A stretch of 60,045 bases of DNA, counting the filler, from Basidiobolus ranarum (lineage: Eukaryota), in the NCBI GenBank assembly GCA_040143965.1. It is 11 parts of 11 records of this genome, joined end to end, with 100 filler letters (N's around TTAATTAATTAA, not from the genome) between each part and the next. Parts side by side here need not be neighbours in the genome. Positions count along the whole stretch, not along the records: positions 10,965 to 16,343 come from JASJQH010008492.1; positions 16,444 to 21,820 come from JASJQH010008493.1; positions 21,921 to 27,294 come from JASJQH010008494.1; 8 more parts are not named here. One strand, written 5' to 3'. The number at the start of each line of letters is the position of its first letter. Positions within the stretch are counted from its first letter, which is position 1. The position numbers were made by a program, and so were the translations under genes. Positions 10,965-24,030 of this stretch are shown piece by piece. The notes under the pieces were generated by a model. The model was not told the DNA's origin and ran no database searches. It saw only the letters and a program-made list of their open reading frames with translations.

Positions 10965-13900
10965 ACAATGGCCATTGTATGACATTTGCTATCGGGTGCT
11001 GGATGGCTTGGTTCCATTCAGAGCTAAATTTACTTTGAACAGATATGACTAAATCTGTAGCCTGGGGATCAGTATAATGAGGATCCCACTTTAAACCAAT
11101 CCATCCTCCATACAGCCAATCGCCAGAGCCGGTGGTTCTCATTCTGTTCCCTCTCTAATTGACCACCGAATTATCCCAAGTCTATTACTAGAATAGGCCA
11201 TTTCAACCATGATTCAGAATAGTTCCTAGTTGAGCAATTGTTGGTGAAGATTTTGTCAATTAGGATTTATTAAGCCTACAAGATCCAATATCTGATGACT
11301 TTGTGGCCAGTCGGTGAATAATGACAATCACCTTTCTCCCAGATGGACAAAACCACGGTGTTTCTCATTATATACTCCGACAATTGGCTCCATTCTAGGT
11401 GCTGATTCCAAAGAATTAGCAGTGATGGGTCTCTCCCCTATTTGTAGCATCGAAATTACGATAGTAACTTGCGAATTGGAATCAGTATGAAAGTAGCAGA
11501 CTGGACTGGATTTCCCCATTACTCACTCTGGAGAATCCATTGTCAGTGCCAATCCACACACATCTAGAGCTTGGGTAGTCCCAATTCCTCTACAAATATC
11601 TCCTTCAATACGCTCACAGAGATGCAAGTTTGTTGGGCAACCGTAGCTTCTGGAAGAGTATGATTCGGAAACTCACCTTAGATGGACATTGCTCTTTAGA
11701 CTCTATCCTAGCACATGAATTGGTACCGTTTCATGGCCTTGGGTTGTTACTTTCCTATTGGCTTCTTTCAACTAATTGCTCGACATATGATTCAAAGCCT
11801 AGGCAGTTGCGCGGAATGTATATTGTAGCCAGCCTCTAAAATAAGTGGGATATGAGACGGCTGTGATGTGAGCCTTCTCTAGATTGTTATCCAATCAGAA
11901 GACGCTACCCTAGAATCCATCGAACTAGATACACTCTATGAGCCAGAGATGAAATGTTACACCTTTCAATCAGGATACACTCAAGGGGCGTGAGATATGA
12001 CATGTTCATAGAAAGCGATCATACATAAGAGTCAAACCTGGTAGCCGTATTTGCTCTTGTTAGATCAAGAAGTTTCAGTGCTTCCGCAATTATATCAAAG
12101 TCTCTCATTAATAAGTGTGCAGATAAAATTGGTTCCAGTTCAGCCCTCTCATTCTTACTCTTTGTGAGCTCCATCATCAAGGTTGACTGTAAATCTTGAA
12201 CAATGTCTAACGTTGATTACTTCTAGTTTGCTTAGTGATACTCGTCACTTAGCGCCTCATCATGCTCCTTAAAGACACTCTGACGTGTCGGATCTATTTG
12301 GTGAGAACATTCAATAGTGTATGGTGAAAGCAAGACTTGGAAGGATCCGGTATACCATAGAGACAAGCTATCCAGGGCCAAGAATCCCTTTTGCACCCAG
12401 ATTACAGCTACCACATACCAAAATGGGATCCCATTTGTCACTTTATTTGTGTTCTATAGTCTGTTTCGTGCTATTTTTACTAATCTTTCTGCTTCAATCA
12501 TGCGATTTGGTTGGTTTTTATATTCTTTAAATATAGGTGTCATTTGAATCTCACTACTGCTTCGAGGATCAGATCGGCTATAGAATTCCATGGCATGGAG
12601 TTACAGTGGATTATATAGTTCCCAATGGGGCTTGCGGCATATTTTGTCCGCTCATATGAGTATTCTACCGGAGGGTTAGCATCTCAACATATTCAAATGA
12701 GAGTACATTATGTCGGCTGTCGACATATGAACCTCAACATGTCGGGAGCGACCAGTACGCTTCAGCATAGACTCCCGCCTTTGTAAGAGGTTTAGATCTC
12801 AAGGTTACCATCGAGCAATCAACAATGTAGAAAGTTTCAACCAGATGATATAAATAGTGATCCGAGTTAATGCTGCTAAAGAATTGCATTGGATTGGATC
12901 GGATCAACCTCATATCAATTCATATGTTGTAACTTTCATAAGTACAATGAATCCTGTGGTTTACGTGATTATCCCAGATATGAGTTGGCCATTTCGTTGG
13001 CATGTATTCAGCCTCATAGTTACCCTTCCATCGGATATGTGCTGTGTAGAATTCAGTTCGAACTTGCTATGACCTGGTTGTTGATTTCCACCTGTATGCA
13101 GTGAATAAGACTCTATTTTCAGCTAGCATATGGATGTGCCATCCTTAGATTCCATGTGTAAATCGGGTTTACTAACCATAATGTATGAGGGGAAGAGGAG
13201 TTTCATTCAGAAAAGGAAGGGTGGCGGTGAGGTTGAGTGGATGGGAAATGATGAACATATTATGCATAGAAGAAACGTCATTCCACCAGTAAACATTGGA
13301 TCTACACGAAAGATGTAACCAGAAAAGCATGATGTAAACATCTCTCCCTACCGCTGCCTCTTCATTGTTTACCAGAGAATACACATCGGATAAACCGAGG
13401 GAATCTCCAAAACAACTGCCTATTAGATTCAGGTTGGCCTACATAGATAGAGGCACTGTATATAGTACACTATTAATTAATAGGTCGAACTTTATCTGAG
13501 GGATGTAGAGACTGGCTTGAACAATGAGACCGTCCGAATCAATTTATGGCAAACCAAATCCTGCCTAAAATCGGGGTATCTCTAAAACACTTGACAACGC
13601 CAATCTTCCACCAATACACATGAAACCCTAACGCGCCGTGGCTAATGTTATCTATATACTTGAATCTTGCAATAGGGGTGAAGTGAATCGATGAAATCCG
13701 GCCGCTTCAAACCATATCTTAGGATTAGCTAATTTGCTTGATGGAGTCTCACACTCGGTTCACTCGGAAGCAAAGGGAATCGATTCCTCTTCTATGAATA
13801 TGTCATATATAGAGGCGGCAGTGTCTGCACTGTTAGAGACAATGCACACAATGGAACAATGATGTTCGTCACAATGGTTTGGATTGGATTGATAGGAAGC

Positions 13901-14500
13901 AATGTTTAGCACTCAATCAGGAGAATAGGATATCCTGTCCTGAATTAACAACTGAGAAGTGACGATGCTAGTCCAGTCATTATCGGTGGATGATGTTTCA
14001 AAGTAGCAAGTAAAGTGCAATCGCTGGTTAGTAGATTACAGGTGAGATTATTTTCAGTCACGATTCAGATCGAGTGGTGAAGATTTGGGGTATATTTAGC
14101 CTAGCCAATAGTATTGCGTCACTATACCTTCAAAATGGCGGAGTATTTTTGGGACAAGTGGTCTCTAGTTAGTGAACTCTCCTTCACACGAGGAATTGCT
14201 TTCATTGGTTTGCTATTAAAAGAGCACCATCTGATGGAGGCAGCATCTCTGATAGTTTACATCAGCTGAGTTAAGATGACGGTGGTGAAGATGGTGATAG
14301 ATACGTAGTCAGATATGAGATTGAAAACAGTCTTATGGAGTTCCGAAGTCCACCAAATGATTGGTTGCCTTCATGAACTCAATGAAGTATCAGTTGCCGT
14401 GAATAGAAAGGAAGTTTTCTTGCCACCTCGATTGAAGTTATTGCGATCATTATCAGACACTAAGATGTATCACATTAGAATTATTGGAATCCTTGGCATA
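10965..14500 (-). mobile_element. Possible very old Ty3/gypsy pol relic
   Basis: Only weak remnants: an integrase-like segment near 11480-11580 and GPY/F-like LKWDPHYT near 11080; boundaries approximate. Confidence 0.3.
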
Positions 14501-16236
14501 TACTCACACTTGCCTCTAATTTGGTGACACCATAAGGGCCCTATTCCTATTTTTGACATATGATCTATGGCTCGTTATTTAGAGTCTGTACACTTGCTGC
14601 AGGAAGTAATAGTTATTGAAATAGTAGAAACTAGCACCTAACTATTCATATATTGTGTTTAATATATTCTATGCGTATTTGCTCATATTTCGAAAGCCGT
14701 TTTTGGATGTATTTGACAAATATCAGAAATGCTCAGAAATGAGAGAAATTTTAAGACTTATCCAAAGCTCACAAAACTTTAAGGCCAACTCTCCGGACAC
14801 CTTAGACACACATTCCTGGCATTCCTTTTCTTCTTCTTTAATGTAAGTAAAAAATATTTTTCTAATTAATGTGCAAACACCAATAACAAATTTCTTCAAA
14901 TTATTCTGAATGTTTGCAATTCATCTCAAATATGCACAACAATCCTACTTGCACTAGGCAATAATTAATTTGTAAGTATTGGTAAAGTATTGCTACAACA
15001 TCAAACACTGAAAATTAATAATTGTCAAAATGGTAAAACTGAGTGAAACATCTTGAATAGGTGTTTAAAATTGTTATCTTACATACTCCACCTTATAATA
15101 TAGGAGAGAAAGTGTCAGAGGATCTGTTTGTAATAAGAATCAACTTTGCTATCTGGAGACAATTTGTTCTACTGCTTTAGTTGCTTTATTCTTTAAAGAT
15201 ATGAAGACTTATACAGCAGAGAAGTATATCAATTGTTTGAGCTATTCCAGAGTTTATGTAATAAGATATATACTCAATAAGAGGGGGTATTAAGAAATAC
15301 TGGTTATGAAGATATAGAGATATTCCTAATCAGAATAACAGGGCCTTAGATACAGTGCTTTCTTGGTTCTGCTACATAAATTATAATAAAAGTTGACTAA
15401 GATGTTGCATAAAGACTAACCATCCATCACCTTCCCTTAATCTTGCTCAGCATTGTGCTTTTATTCACCAAAGCCTATGCCAGCTCTTACCTTATCAAAT
15501 TTTGAAATTATGAGTGGTTTTTACAATATCTGCAAACAACTAGTACATATTATGATGAAAAAGTTTACTTCTTTGATTTCAACTTAACTCATATAAAATG
15601 ATGTCTTATGTCAATATGTTCCATCTTCCAACATTGTTGAGGAATTTTAGTGAACTCAATATGGCTAATACCCTATAAAATTTTTTTTTGGATGACCTGA
15701 ATTGAATCTTGATCAAGTCAATAGAATTTCATCAGAAATCCTTCATAAAGCCAGCAACCTGGTTTTTGACTATTTTTACACAGATTACTCTATAGTTTTC
15801 TCATGGGGTATTATAGCATGTTTTGTAACAATTTTTTTAACCATAATTTAATCCCATTTACATAATCCTTCTTTAGGACTCTGCCTGTTTCTGGTAAAAT
15901 CATTATGGCCTTTGGCAAGCATATTTTGGGTGTAGTTGTATTCATATTGATCAAGTCTGTCAGTATTAAGATAATTGTTCCAGCTACAATTGGATTCAAA
16001 AAACACAATAAATTCTCCTGTAATTAAGCAGATACATCTACAAACTTTAGATGCATTCCCACCCCACTAGCTACTATGGATGAGTTGACAGACATACTTT
16101 AGTTCCTGAAAAATGTTCATTTTGCAACACATTGTACTTCTCATTTCTGGTCACCAAAATTATCTGATTAATTTAGGCATATATCTGTTAGTGTTAGCCT
16201 TTTCTGAACCAGAATACTTGAGATAAGATCTGATAT

Positions 16237-16343
16237 TGTTGAAATTAGCATTGCCTAAACACCTATATAGTCATATATAGCTTAGTACTTAGTTATCTTA
16301 TAATTCACTAAGATATTATCAATTATTCTCAATTGGAATTTAC
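16237..16343 (+). repeat. Copia LTR family 1, 5' part (cut by contig end)
   Basis: Starts TGTTGAAATTAGCATTGCCTAAAC, the reverse complement of 54935-55040. Confidence 0.88.
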
Positions 16344-16443
16344 NNNNNNNNNNNNNNNNNNNNNNNNNNNNNNNNNNNNNNNNNNNNTTAATTAATTAAN
16401 NNNNNNNNNNNNNNNNNNNNNNNNNNNNNNNNNNNNNNNNNNN
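16344..16443. other. Artificial contig spacer
   Basis: 44N-TTAATTAATTAA-44N. Confidence 0.99.
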
Positions 16444-18005
16444 ATTGGGGGCGCCAAATGCTCCTTTCGAACTACCAGTACTCGATCACCTTGTGGAATC
16501 CGGTAGTACGTACCTGGATTTGCTTGTGAAATCTGATTAACTGGTAAGTTGGAAACCCGAAAAGAGACCGAGCTACTGTGATGGTGCTTGGTTGTCATTT
16601 TGTTCAAATTCAAGTGCTTTCTAAAGAGACAAAGAGATCACGATAAACATAAGAAAGATGAGGATAATCGAATGCATTTATATTATCGAAACCAGCACGA
16701 GTGTGAGGCTTATAATTCATTATAGGCTCACAGTAACTCAGTCCAGTGTGCCTTATTGGAGTACTTTATTATAATCCGAAACAAATTTTAGATCCTACTT
16801 GGCACTTGTGGATGAAGACTATTACCAAGTCAAGAGTTCGTATTTATTGGAATACGTTCTATCATGCATTCTCTCGTTATTATGGTCGGGAGTTTTATCT
16901 TGATTTTTATTAGTTCAAAGATCTTTGTTGATGCAAAAGTGACCAACAATTGGTTGCAGTCAAAATTCAGGTTCCAAACATCATCATATACTTTGATCCG
17001 TTTGGATACATCTATTGTGAGGAACTGAGCACGTAGATGAAAAGTTTGAATTCGGGAAAATTCACTAATTATATTGATACAAATGCACTAGCCTCTATGG
17101 AAGAGTCGATAGAGCAATTGCATGACAAGTTGGATATTAGAGCCTTATTCACGTTTTCAGTACATTTAGCAACTGTGATATATATAGGCTTTTCCCCTAG
17201 CCAGTACATCTCAAGCAGGTGCAGTAAACAAATATCAAACAATCAATATATAGTAATTATTCGGAAAAGATGTTTATGCTAATCTGCTTTTATATTCTAA
17301 TGGGACAACAGTGTCTTGTCTGATTGGAATACCAGAAACTTGAATTTAGTGATCTTTTGGAAATTTAGTCAATCACTTACGGGCACGTTTATCTTTAAAA
17401 TAGGGGTTTCTTAGCACAAAGACAAGGGCAAGGAGATCTGTTGGGCTCACTAGTTATCATATCTTTGTTCACATAATACACTCTCCCTTTTTTGTCGTCT
17501 ACAATTAATGCCTTGATGTGTTGAGGGTTTTCGCAAGCAAAGGTTCCTTGCTTTGTTCGTGTCGCTTGTTGCTTTTTTTATGTCAATTTTTTTATCTTGC
17601 CTGGGGGCGCATACAAAGAACTGCGAAAAAAAGGACTTCTCAGCCTCATTAACATCGCTCAAGTCGTCCCTGGTATTTTCAGCCCTGACAGTCGTCATTA
17701 GCCACACTTGTCTCACTCACCCTCTATCATCGCAGCAGCAAGAGTACTAGTCACGTGGTATATTCCTCCTCAATGAGCACAGCGGGTCTTCTTGAGACAT
17801 GGTAGATGACAAGATTGTCAACTGGGAACTGAGTAAGATTATGTCGCATCATACTATGAGAACCAAGCGATTGATTTGTAGACCCGACCCAACCATGAGT
17901 CGAAGACGACTATTAGCGGCGCAGTTGTTGAGCAGACCAAGAAGGATCACGAAGATAGAGTGACACCATTGATAAGAGTTCGACTATTCAATCTAATACC
18001 GTTAA

Positions 18006-18210
18006 GAATGAGAATTAACATATCTCCAATTATGTTTTGTCAGTTGGATTGTCAGCTAAATACCCAGACTTTTTATTCCATTCTTGAAGAATATTTATCT
18101 TTAGTGATGGAATAGGCTCCTTTGGCATAAATGTTTTCATGTACTGAACAAAGCCTGGGTATTTTACTGACAGTCTAACTGACATAATATAATTAGAGAT
18201 ATTTTCATTC
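18006..18210. repeat. Imperfect ~200-bp palindrome (MITE-like)
   Basis: 18020-18072 ATATCTCCAATTATGTTTTGTCAGTTGG... pairs with 18150-18202 with few mismatches. Confidence 0.75.
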
Positions 18211-19499
18211 GCAATCAGTGATACCGATTTCCATTACTTCTTTTGACTGTTTGATCGTCTTTGCCAGCAGTATCAATGCAAAGATAGAGACCAGGAGATT
18301 AGCGTACTTCAGGCACAATCAGCAAAGACTCCGCTTCAACTTATACAAAGATATCTTTGGTTAACACCAGTCGTACTTTGTTCTTTTACATTTCATCAAT
18401 TCACAAAACTTGAAAGCTCTCATTGAAAGTGTAATGATAAGGGGCAAGGTGAATCCTTTTATCCTTGACGTTGCATTCAAGAGACCTTTGAAGAATAAAC
18501 TCTGTACACAATGCACATCTCTTACTACTTGTCTTTTTTTCTTTCTTTTCTTTGTAACCAACACACCCTGCGACCCGCAGAGACACCTGCACACCTCGTG
18601 GCGTAGTCGGAGTCAGATGTTCTGACAGTAATATCAGATTAACCGGATATTTTGACACCATGCGTTTTAAAGCATGTTAAGATATTAACAGCTGTACACA
18701 GACAAAAGGAATATAAAAGCAAAGGATCGACTCGAACGTACGACTGAGATCGTTTCTTTACATACAGGACCGTCTCGATCGTACTAATAATTTTCCCCCT
18801 CGACCGACAGGTCCGTGTCGACCGTATGTGTGGTTTTTTCAAAGTAAGACTGTGTGTTGCAGGAAAACAAGAGAGTGAGAAGCAATTGAAAAACGATCGA
18901 GAAGTGGATTAAAAAATATCGCAGGTTGGTCTCCAGCATGCGAAACAGATACTCCGGCGCTGCAAATCCAAGCGAGAACACCCGAACTTGCGTGTTTCTG
19001 AATAGCAACAGCATACCCTCCAAATAAATGTTAGTGAGTGTATTGAGATCATTCCATCTTTTGACTTTTCTCAATTAAAAGTATCAAAATAAATCAGTTT
19101 TAATATATTCTCATCAGGTAATTAACAACTTAGCTCCTAATTTAAATCACGAAGATGATAATGAATTCATTGCTATTATGTATCAATTAGAGTCTTTAAA
19201 GCTTAAAGATAAATATTATCATGATTGTCGTACTATATATACTGATAATAAATACGATGAAGCTGCTAAGTTTGTACCTTGATTTAGAGATGAATATGTT
19301 TTGCAGATATATATCTAAACGTACAGTCTATGTATTTAAGAATCATCGTTGGATGAGAGATCATAGACTAAAGCAACTAATTGAGAGTATTATAACTTCA
19401 ATCCTGAGTTAGCTGACAAGTATACTTAGGGCTCCTGGCCTTGGCGGCGATGACCCGCTCGTGCTTACAAGCAGCAGTAGCTGATTAACGGGGTTTTCA

Positions 19500-20345
19500 G
19501 ATCAGTTTTCAGTCATGTTGCCGATAATTTTGTGGATCGCTATTTGAGAAATGGTTCGAGGAGTATGGAAAACATAGGTCCACTCTTTCTGTATGCTTTT
19601 GGAAGTGATACCACAAAAGAAATCCGAAATATGCCAATTGACCAAAATATCGGTCCTTCATACAGCTGTATGTCAAAGACTCAAGATTGCCCTTCAAGAT
19701 TTCAAATTTGGTCAATTGCCTAGATGTCAGTATCTTGAGAATGGTGAGGAGGAAGTCTAAGGTTCAACGCCTCCAGTCCTATGATCTCATTGGGCCGAGG
19801 TTCATCATTAATGGATAATGTAAACAGTCAGGTCCTGAAGCTTCAAACAACACCAAGGCTTGAGTGCCAGCACAATGTTCTGGACAAAGATGTGTGGTGC
19901 ATCCAGAGTAATCAGATGAGCGTACTTTATGAGAATTTCCTGAACCATAACACTCGTCGCTCCCAGACAATGGTCAATTCTCAGGACTCGCAGATGACGA
20001 AAATACCGCTCCCGGAGGCAGTTGTACATAAAGGGTCTGAACCTGCCACTCATCAGCTCGAAGGCAGTCAGTCTCTGTGATGTCAATGCCCCAAGGGCCC
20101 AAGCGAATTCCAGGCCAGAACAAGTCGCATCACCTATTCTGAGCTCACGCAGTTCTGGCGAAAGAGAAGTGTCAGCAGGATGGGTAGGCTGGGCGTTTGC
20201 AGGGGTGAGGGTGGACGATGGTTGTGTAGGATTACTCGGGGAGGATGGCGTGGTAGTGGATGGATTCAGTGCGGTGAGTTTGGTGCGAAGTAAGGCGGCA
20301 TCAACTGAGTCGAGCTTATATAGCTTGACATTCAGATCTGATCAA
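19500..20345 (-). pseudogene. Decayed LRR-type protein resembling the F-box/LRR family expanded in Mortierellaceae
   Basis: Frame open 20344 to 19808: LRELRI, TSVMVQEILIK, LDAPHIFVQNIV, KPWCCLKLQDLTVYI; then FGQLA after stops/frameshift. Confidence 0.5.
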
Positions 20346-21175
20346 AGTCAGGGGATGAAGGAGTAGAATGAGGTTAACGTGGATGTAGCAGTGCATTGCA
20401 CGTGTGTTGAGAGGCAGATCTTGTCTTGTAGATCGAGGAAGGTGTCTTTTCTTTTTTTCTCCATATTACATTTTCCCTTGTCATCTATTTCGCTCTCTCT
20501 TCATCCATTCATCCTCTCTCCACTCTAAAAACATCTATTCATACATCCGAGCCTGCCGCTGATTCTACCCCTTCATCCCTCACCTATGGTTAGACTTCAA
20601 TGTTAAGAATGCTTATGTATGTTTCAAAATATATGTGTATGATACAAGGAGCCACTTCTTTTATTTGAAATAAACTTTATTTTTTATATATATCTTATGA
20701 TATTAACTAGTCATGCACATATCAGGGTTCTCTTGATATTTTATATCAAACATGTGATAGAGTCGATCCCTAAGATGATCAATTTCCTTTTTCAACACAA
20801 ATTCGTAACAGTAAGGAGGATATGAAGTCAACTTTACAATTGATGTTCAGATATCACGATGTCGATGCATAGCACAGTCATTGTAAACATAAGCAAGAGT
20901 GAAGAGCTGCATGCAATGATGCAGGAAAAAGCTGAGCATCACACAACTACAGAAAAATCACCACTAAGAAGGAGATGAAATGTAGGTCTCAGGTACTTGT
21001 TTCAACTATACTATGCTCGAAGGTACTCCGACATCTATTGTTATTATAAAAAGGATGGATGATTTTTGTTTATCCCAGAAAGTGTAACACTTTATTCTGT
21101 AGACTTATAGAAAGCTTCTAAACATATACCTTTCATATCAAACATAAATATCAATTCTTTTATCTGACGACAGCT

Positions 21176-21769
21176 ATGAAATTCTCAGCAACTCGATCTC
21201 TTTTCCTCCTGTCCGTTATCGGGTCTGCCTTCAGTACAATAATTCCAAGAGACTATGATGTTGCTGATCAACTACAGAAAGGGATAGACTATTCATCGAA
21301 AGGAACTGAATACGGAGGTGGACATGGCAGTGGCGGAGGACAAGGTAACGACTATGGAAGCGGAAATGGTGGAGGAGGAGGAAACAAGGATTACGGGCAT
21401 GGTGGTGGCGGTGAAGGCAAAGGCAAGTATGGAAGTGGATACGGTGGCGATCACGGATATGGCGGCGGTGAGGGTGGAAATAAGGATTACCGACATGGTG
21501 GCGGTGATGGCGAGGTTAAACCATATGATAACACTGACTATGGTATCAAGTTTGGTGGTGGGTGAGGAGGAAATGGGAAAGAATATGGAAGCGGATATGG
21601 TGGCGGTGGAGGTGGAAATAACAATTACGGAAATGGTGGCGGTGAAGGCAAGTATGGAAGCGGACACGGTGGCGACCACGGATATGGCGGCGGTGGTGGT
21701 GGTGATCACGGTTATGGTGGTGGCGGTGGTGGAACTATGGATTACGGACTTGGTGGGGGTCATGGCTAG
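21176..21769 (+). CDS. Secreted Gly/Tyr/His-rich repeat protein with an in-frame TGA at 21563-21565
   Basis: Signal peptide MKFSATRSLFLLSVIGSAFS; GNKDYGHGGG and KYGSGYGGDHGYGGG repeats continue in the same frame after the TGA to TAG 21767-21769. Confidence 0.75.
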
Positions 21770-21820
21770 GGGGGCGGGGGGGGGGTGGTTAAGTCGGGGG
21801 GCGGGCCGGGGGGGGCTCGC

Positions 21821-21920
21821 NNNNNNNNNNNNNNNNNNNNNNNNNNNNNNNNNNNNNNNNNNNNTTAATTAATTAANNNNNNNNNNNNNNNNNNNNNNNN
21901 NNNNNNNNNNNNNNNNNNNN
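21821..21920. other. Artificial contig spacer
   Basis: 44N-TTAATTAATTAA-44N. Confidence 0.99.
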
Positions 21921-22204
21921 GTTCCTCAACAAATTCAATATTCCCCTCTCATTTCTATCCAAGCCTAGTATCCACTAGCACCTACAGAACACCAAGCCTA
22001 GCTGCCTAGCAAACCTACTCTCTACCGTAACGTAGCAACCCACTGCTATTCCCAAGATATATATTATACTGTTATTCCCAAGATATATATTAGTTAGATC
22101 TGCTCTGCTTATATATCCTGCTTAAAGAGTTCTAAGATTCTGCACTTAACTGTTTCTTTGGTTCAGTAAAGTTCAAGACTTTTGATCCACTTTTCTCTTG
22201 GACA

Positions 22205-22453
22205 CAATATGGTTCATGTGTAAAATTTGAGTTACTTTTTTGCTCATGTGTTGATCCATAGTTTTCTGAGACTGTAGCCAATTATGTCCAACTATTAAGC
22301 AAGATCTTCAAATTTCTCACCTGAAACTAAAAAAATTGTTAAAAATCAGATCTGACTTGAAAATTTTATGATGGTAAGGAAATGATCATTCCAAAATGGA
22401 TCAAAATTGTAATGGTTTGCTTACAATAACAGTCCTCAAACTCCTGTTAGGGA
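22205..22453 (+). mobile_element. Terminal fragment of the DDE_Tnp_4 DNA transposon
   Basis: Reverse complement of 42088-42330; ends CTGTTAGGG. Confidence 0.75.
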
Positions 22454-23269
22454 AATACAAGATACATAATGAGATTGCTTCTGATTTCTGTGCCATTTCA
22501 TATCTCTCAGGATCATCTCAAGACTTGTGGATATGCAGCATTAGCAGTATTTTACCACACAAATACTTTGAGATAGGACAAACAAGTAGAAAATATATAC
22601 CTTTTTGCTACTATGTCAAGTCTACTGCCTGCATATTAATAAAGCTCAAATCTCCTTTGTTAATTTAGAGCAGAGATTTGATAATCAAAAAAAAAGCAAA
22701 TAAATACTTCCAGTGATGCTGTTTATGCTTAAACAACTTGGTACAAGAGGCCCTAAATCCTGGATGGAGCACCAAGATGCTTAGCTACAAAATTGTGACA
22801 ATAATAAAGTCACCACTATCTTCACCCCAGGATCACATAAAACACTTTTAGGCTGCCTACCTGCCAATGAAAGTCAAAAGGTTCTGGTGGGTTAATACAG
22901 TCAAAAAATGAGAATATGGAATCAACAAGCAAGACTAGTTGAAATAGCTACTCTCAGAGTCTGATAGCTGATCTTAAGGAAAGGCTTTCAAAGTGGCCCA
23001 GTTCATATATAGTACCTCTGGCTACTCATCCTCTGCTGTCCAGCACCTTAATTTGTAATAACTAACTTCTCCAACTCCCATTCTGAATTATATTTTGGAA
23101 GAAGACGCCTTCCAAGCAATTGAAAGGATTTGTAAACCTAGACCATCTACCTATGGTGCATGAACTTGTGCAAGCACCAAAGGCATGATATAACTGGACT
23201 CATTGGAATCCAACAATATTGCTACTAGTTGCACTAATTGTATTAAAACCAACAAAAGATATTGTGCCT

Positions 23270-24030
23270 GTATTGGAACTATATGTGGATGCGCTTACTA
23301 TAGCCTTAAATGATTTTGAAGTGCATAAATAGTTAAAACATAGCATTTTGTACCATTCTTAGACAATCAACACAGGGCAATCACTTATTTTTTAGATTTG
23401 ACACAAAGAGTGATAAGCATAGTCAGATAATCCTTTCAAATCAATACATAGACATCTCAGAAATCCAAATCAGTGCAATATGGAGGGTAGTAGCTCTATG
23501 TCAGTGATAATGAATGTCAATGCAAAATTAATTAAAGCTTTGCCAGAGTTTGACAAAATGACTCTATCAAAGTAAGGCATTGCCTGTAAAGTCTATGGTA
23601 TAAAGTATGTTACATGCACGGATTGCATCAAATCCAAATATAGCTTTAATATTAGGTAATGTCAGCCACTTCCTCCAAAGTTCTAGATCTGAATACAAAA
23701 CATCTATAAATCAAATACTCAGGTTAATAATAGGGGCAATGGATCTAGTTATGAACCATGCTGGGACTCAAGATGAACTAGAATATGAAGGATATGGTGA
23801 TGCCAAACAGGGAAGAGAATATGCTAATCAAGCTACCCTATTTGGCTTAATCTTCCTTATGGCAGTGGGGAAATAACTTAGAATAGCAGGAAGCAAACAA
23901 CTATAACACTTGCTGCTATCAAAACCCAGTATATGGCAGCCTCTGCCACTTGACAAGAGAATATGTGATTGTTACTGTTGCTCTCTGACTTAGGTCAAAT
24001 GTAAAACTATTTTAGTAAAATCCTCATTGT
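23270..24030 (+). mobile_element. Decayed copia RT/RNase H
   Basis: LYVDA (YVDD position), NPNIA (RPDIA position), GYGDA (GYSDA position), decayed SW.SRKQ. Confidence 0.7.

Noticed and set aside
16444..16677. Signal-peptide-like start MHSIILIFLMFIVISLSL on the minus strand
   Set aside because: Several in-frame stops and cut by the contig edge; cannot be assigned.
21563..21565. TGA reassigned to Gly (alternative genetic code)
   Set aside because: TGA ends the 928-aa gene normally and no conserved gene here has an internal TGA.
21770..21820. G-quadruplex-like poly-G tract
   Set aside because: It sits at a contig end after GGC/GGT repeats, typical of low-quality base calls.
21293..21872. 156-aa and 184-aa ORFs over the Gly-rich gene
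   Set aside because: Alternate-frame and antisense readings of GGN repeats.
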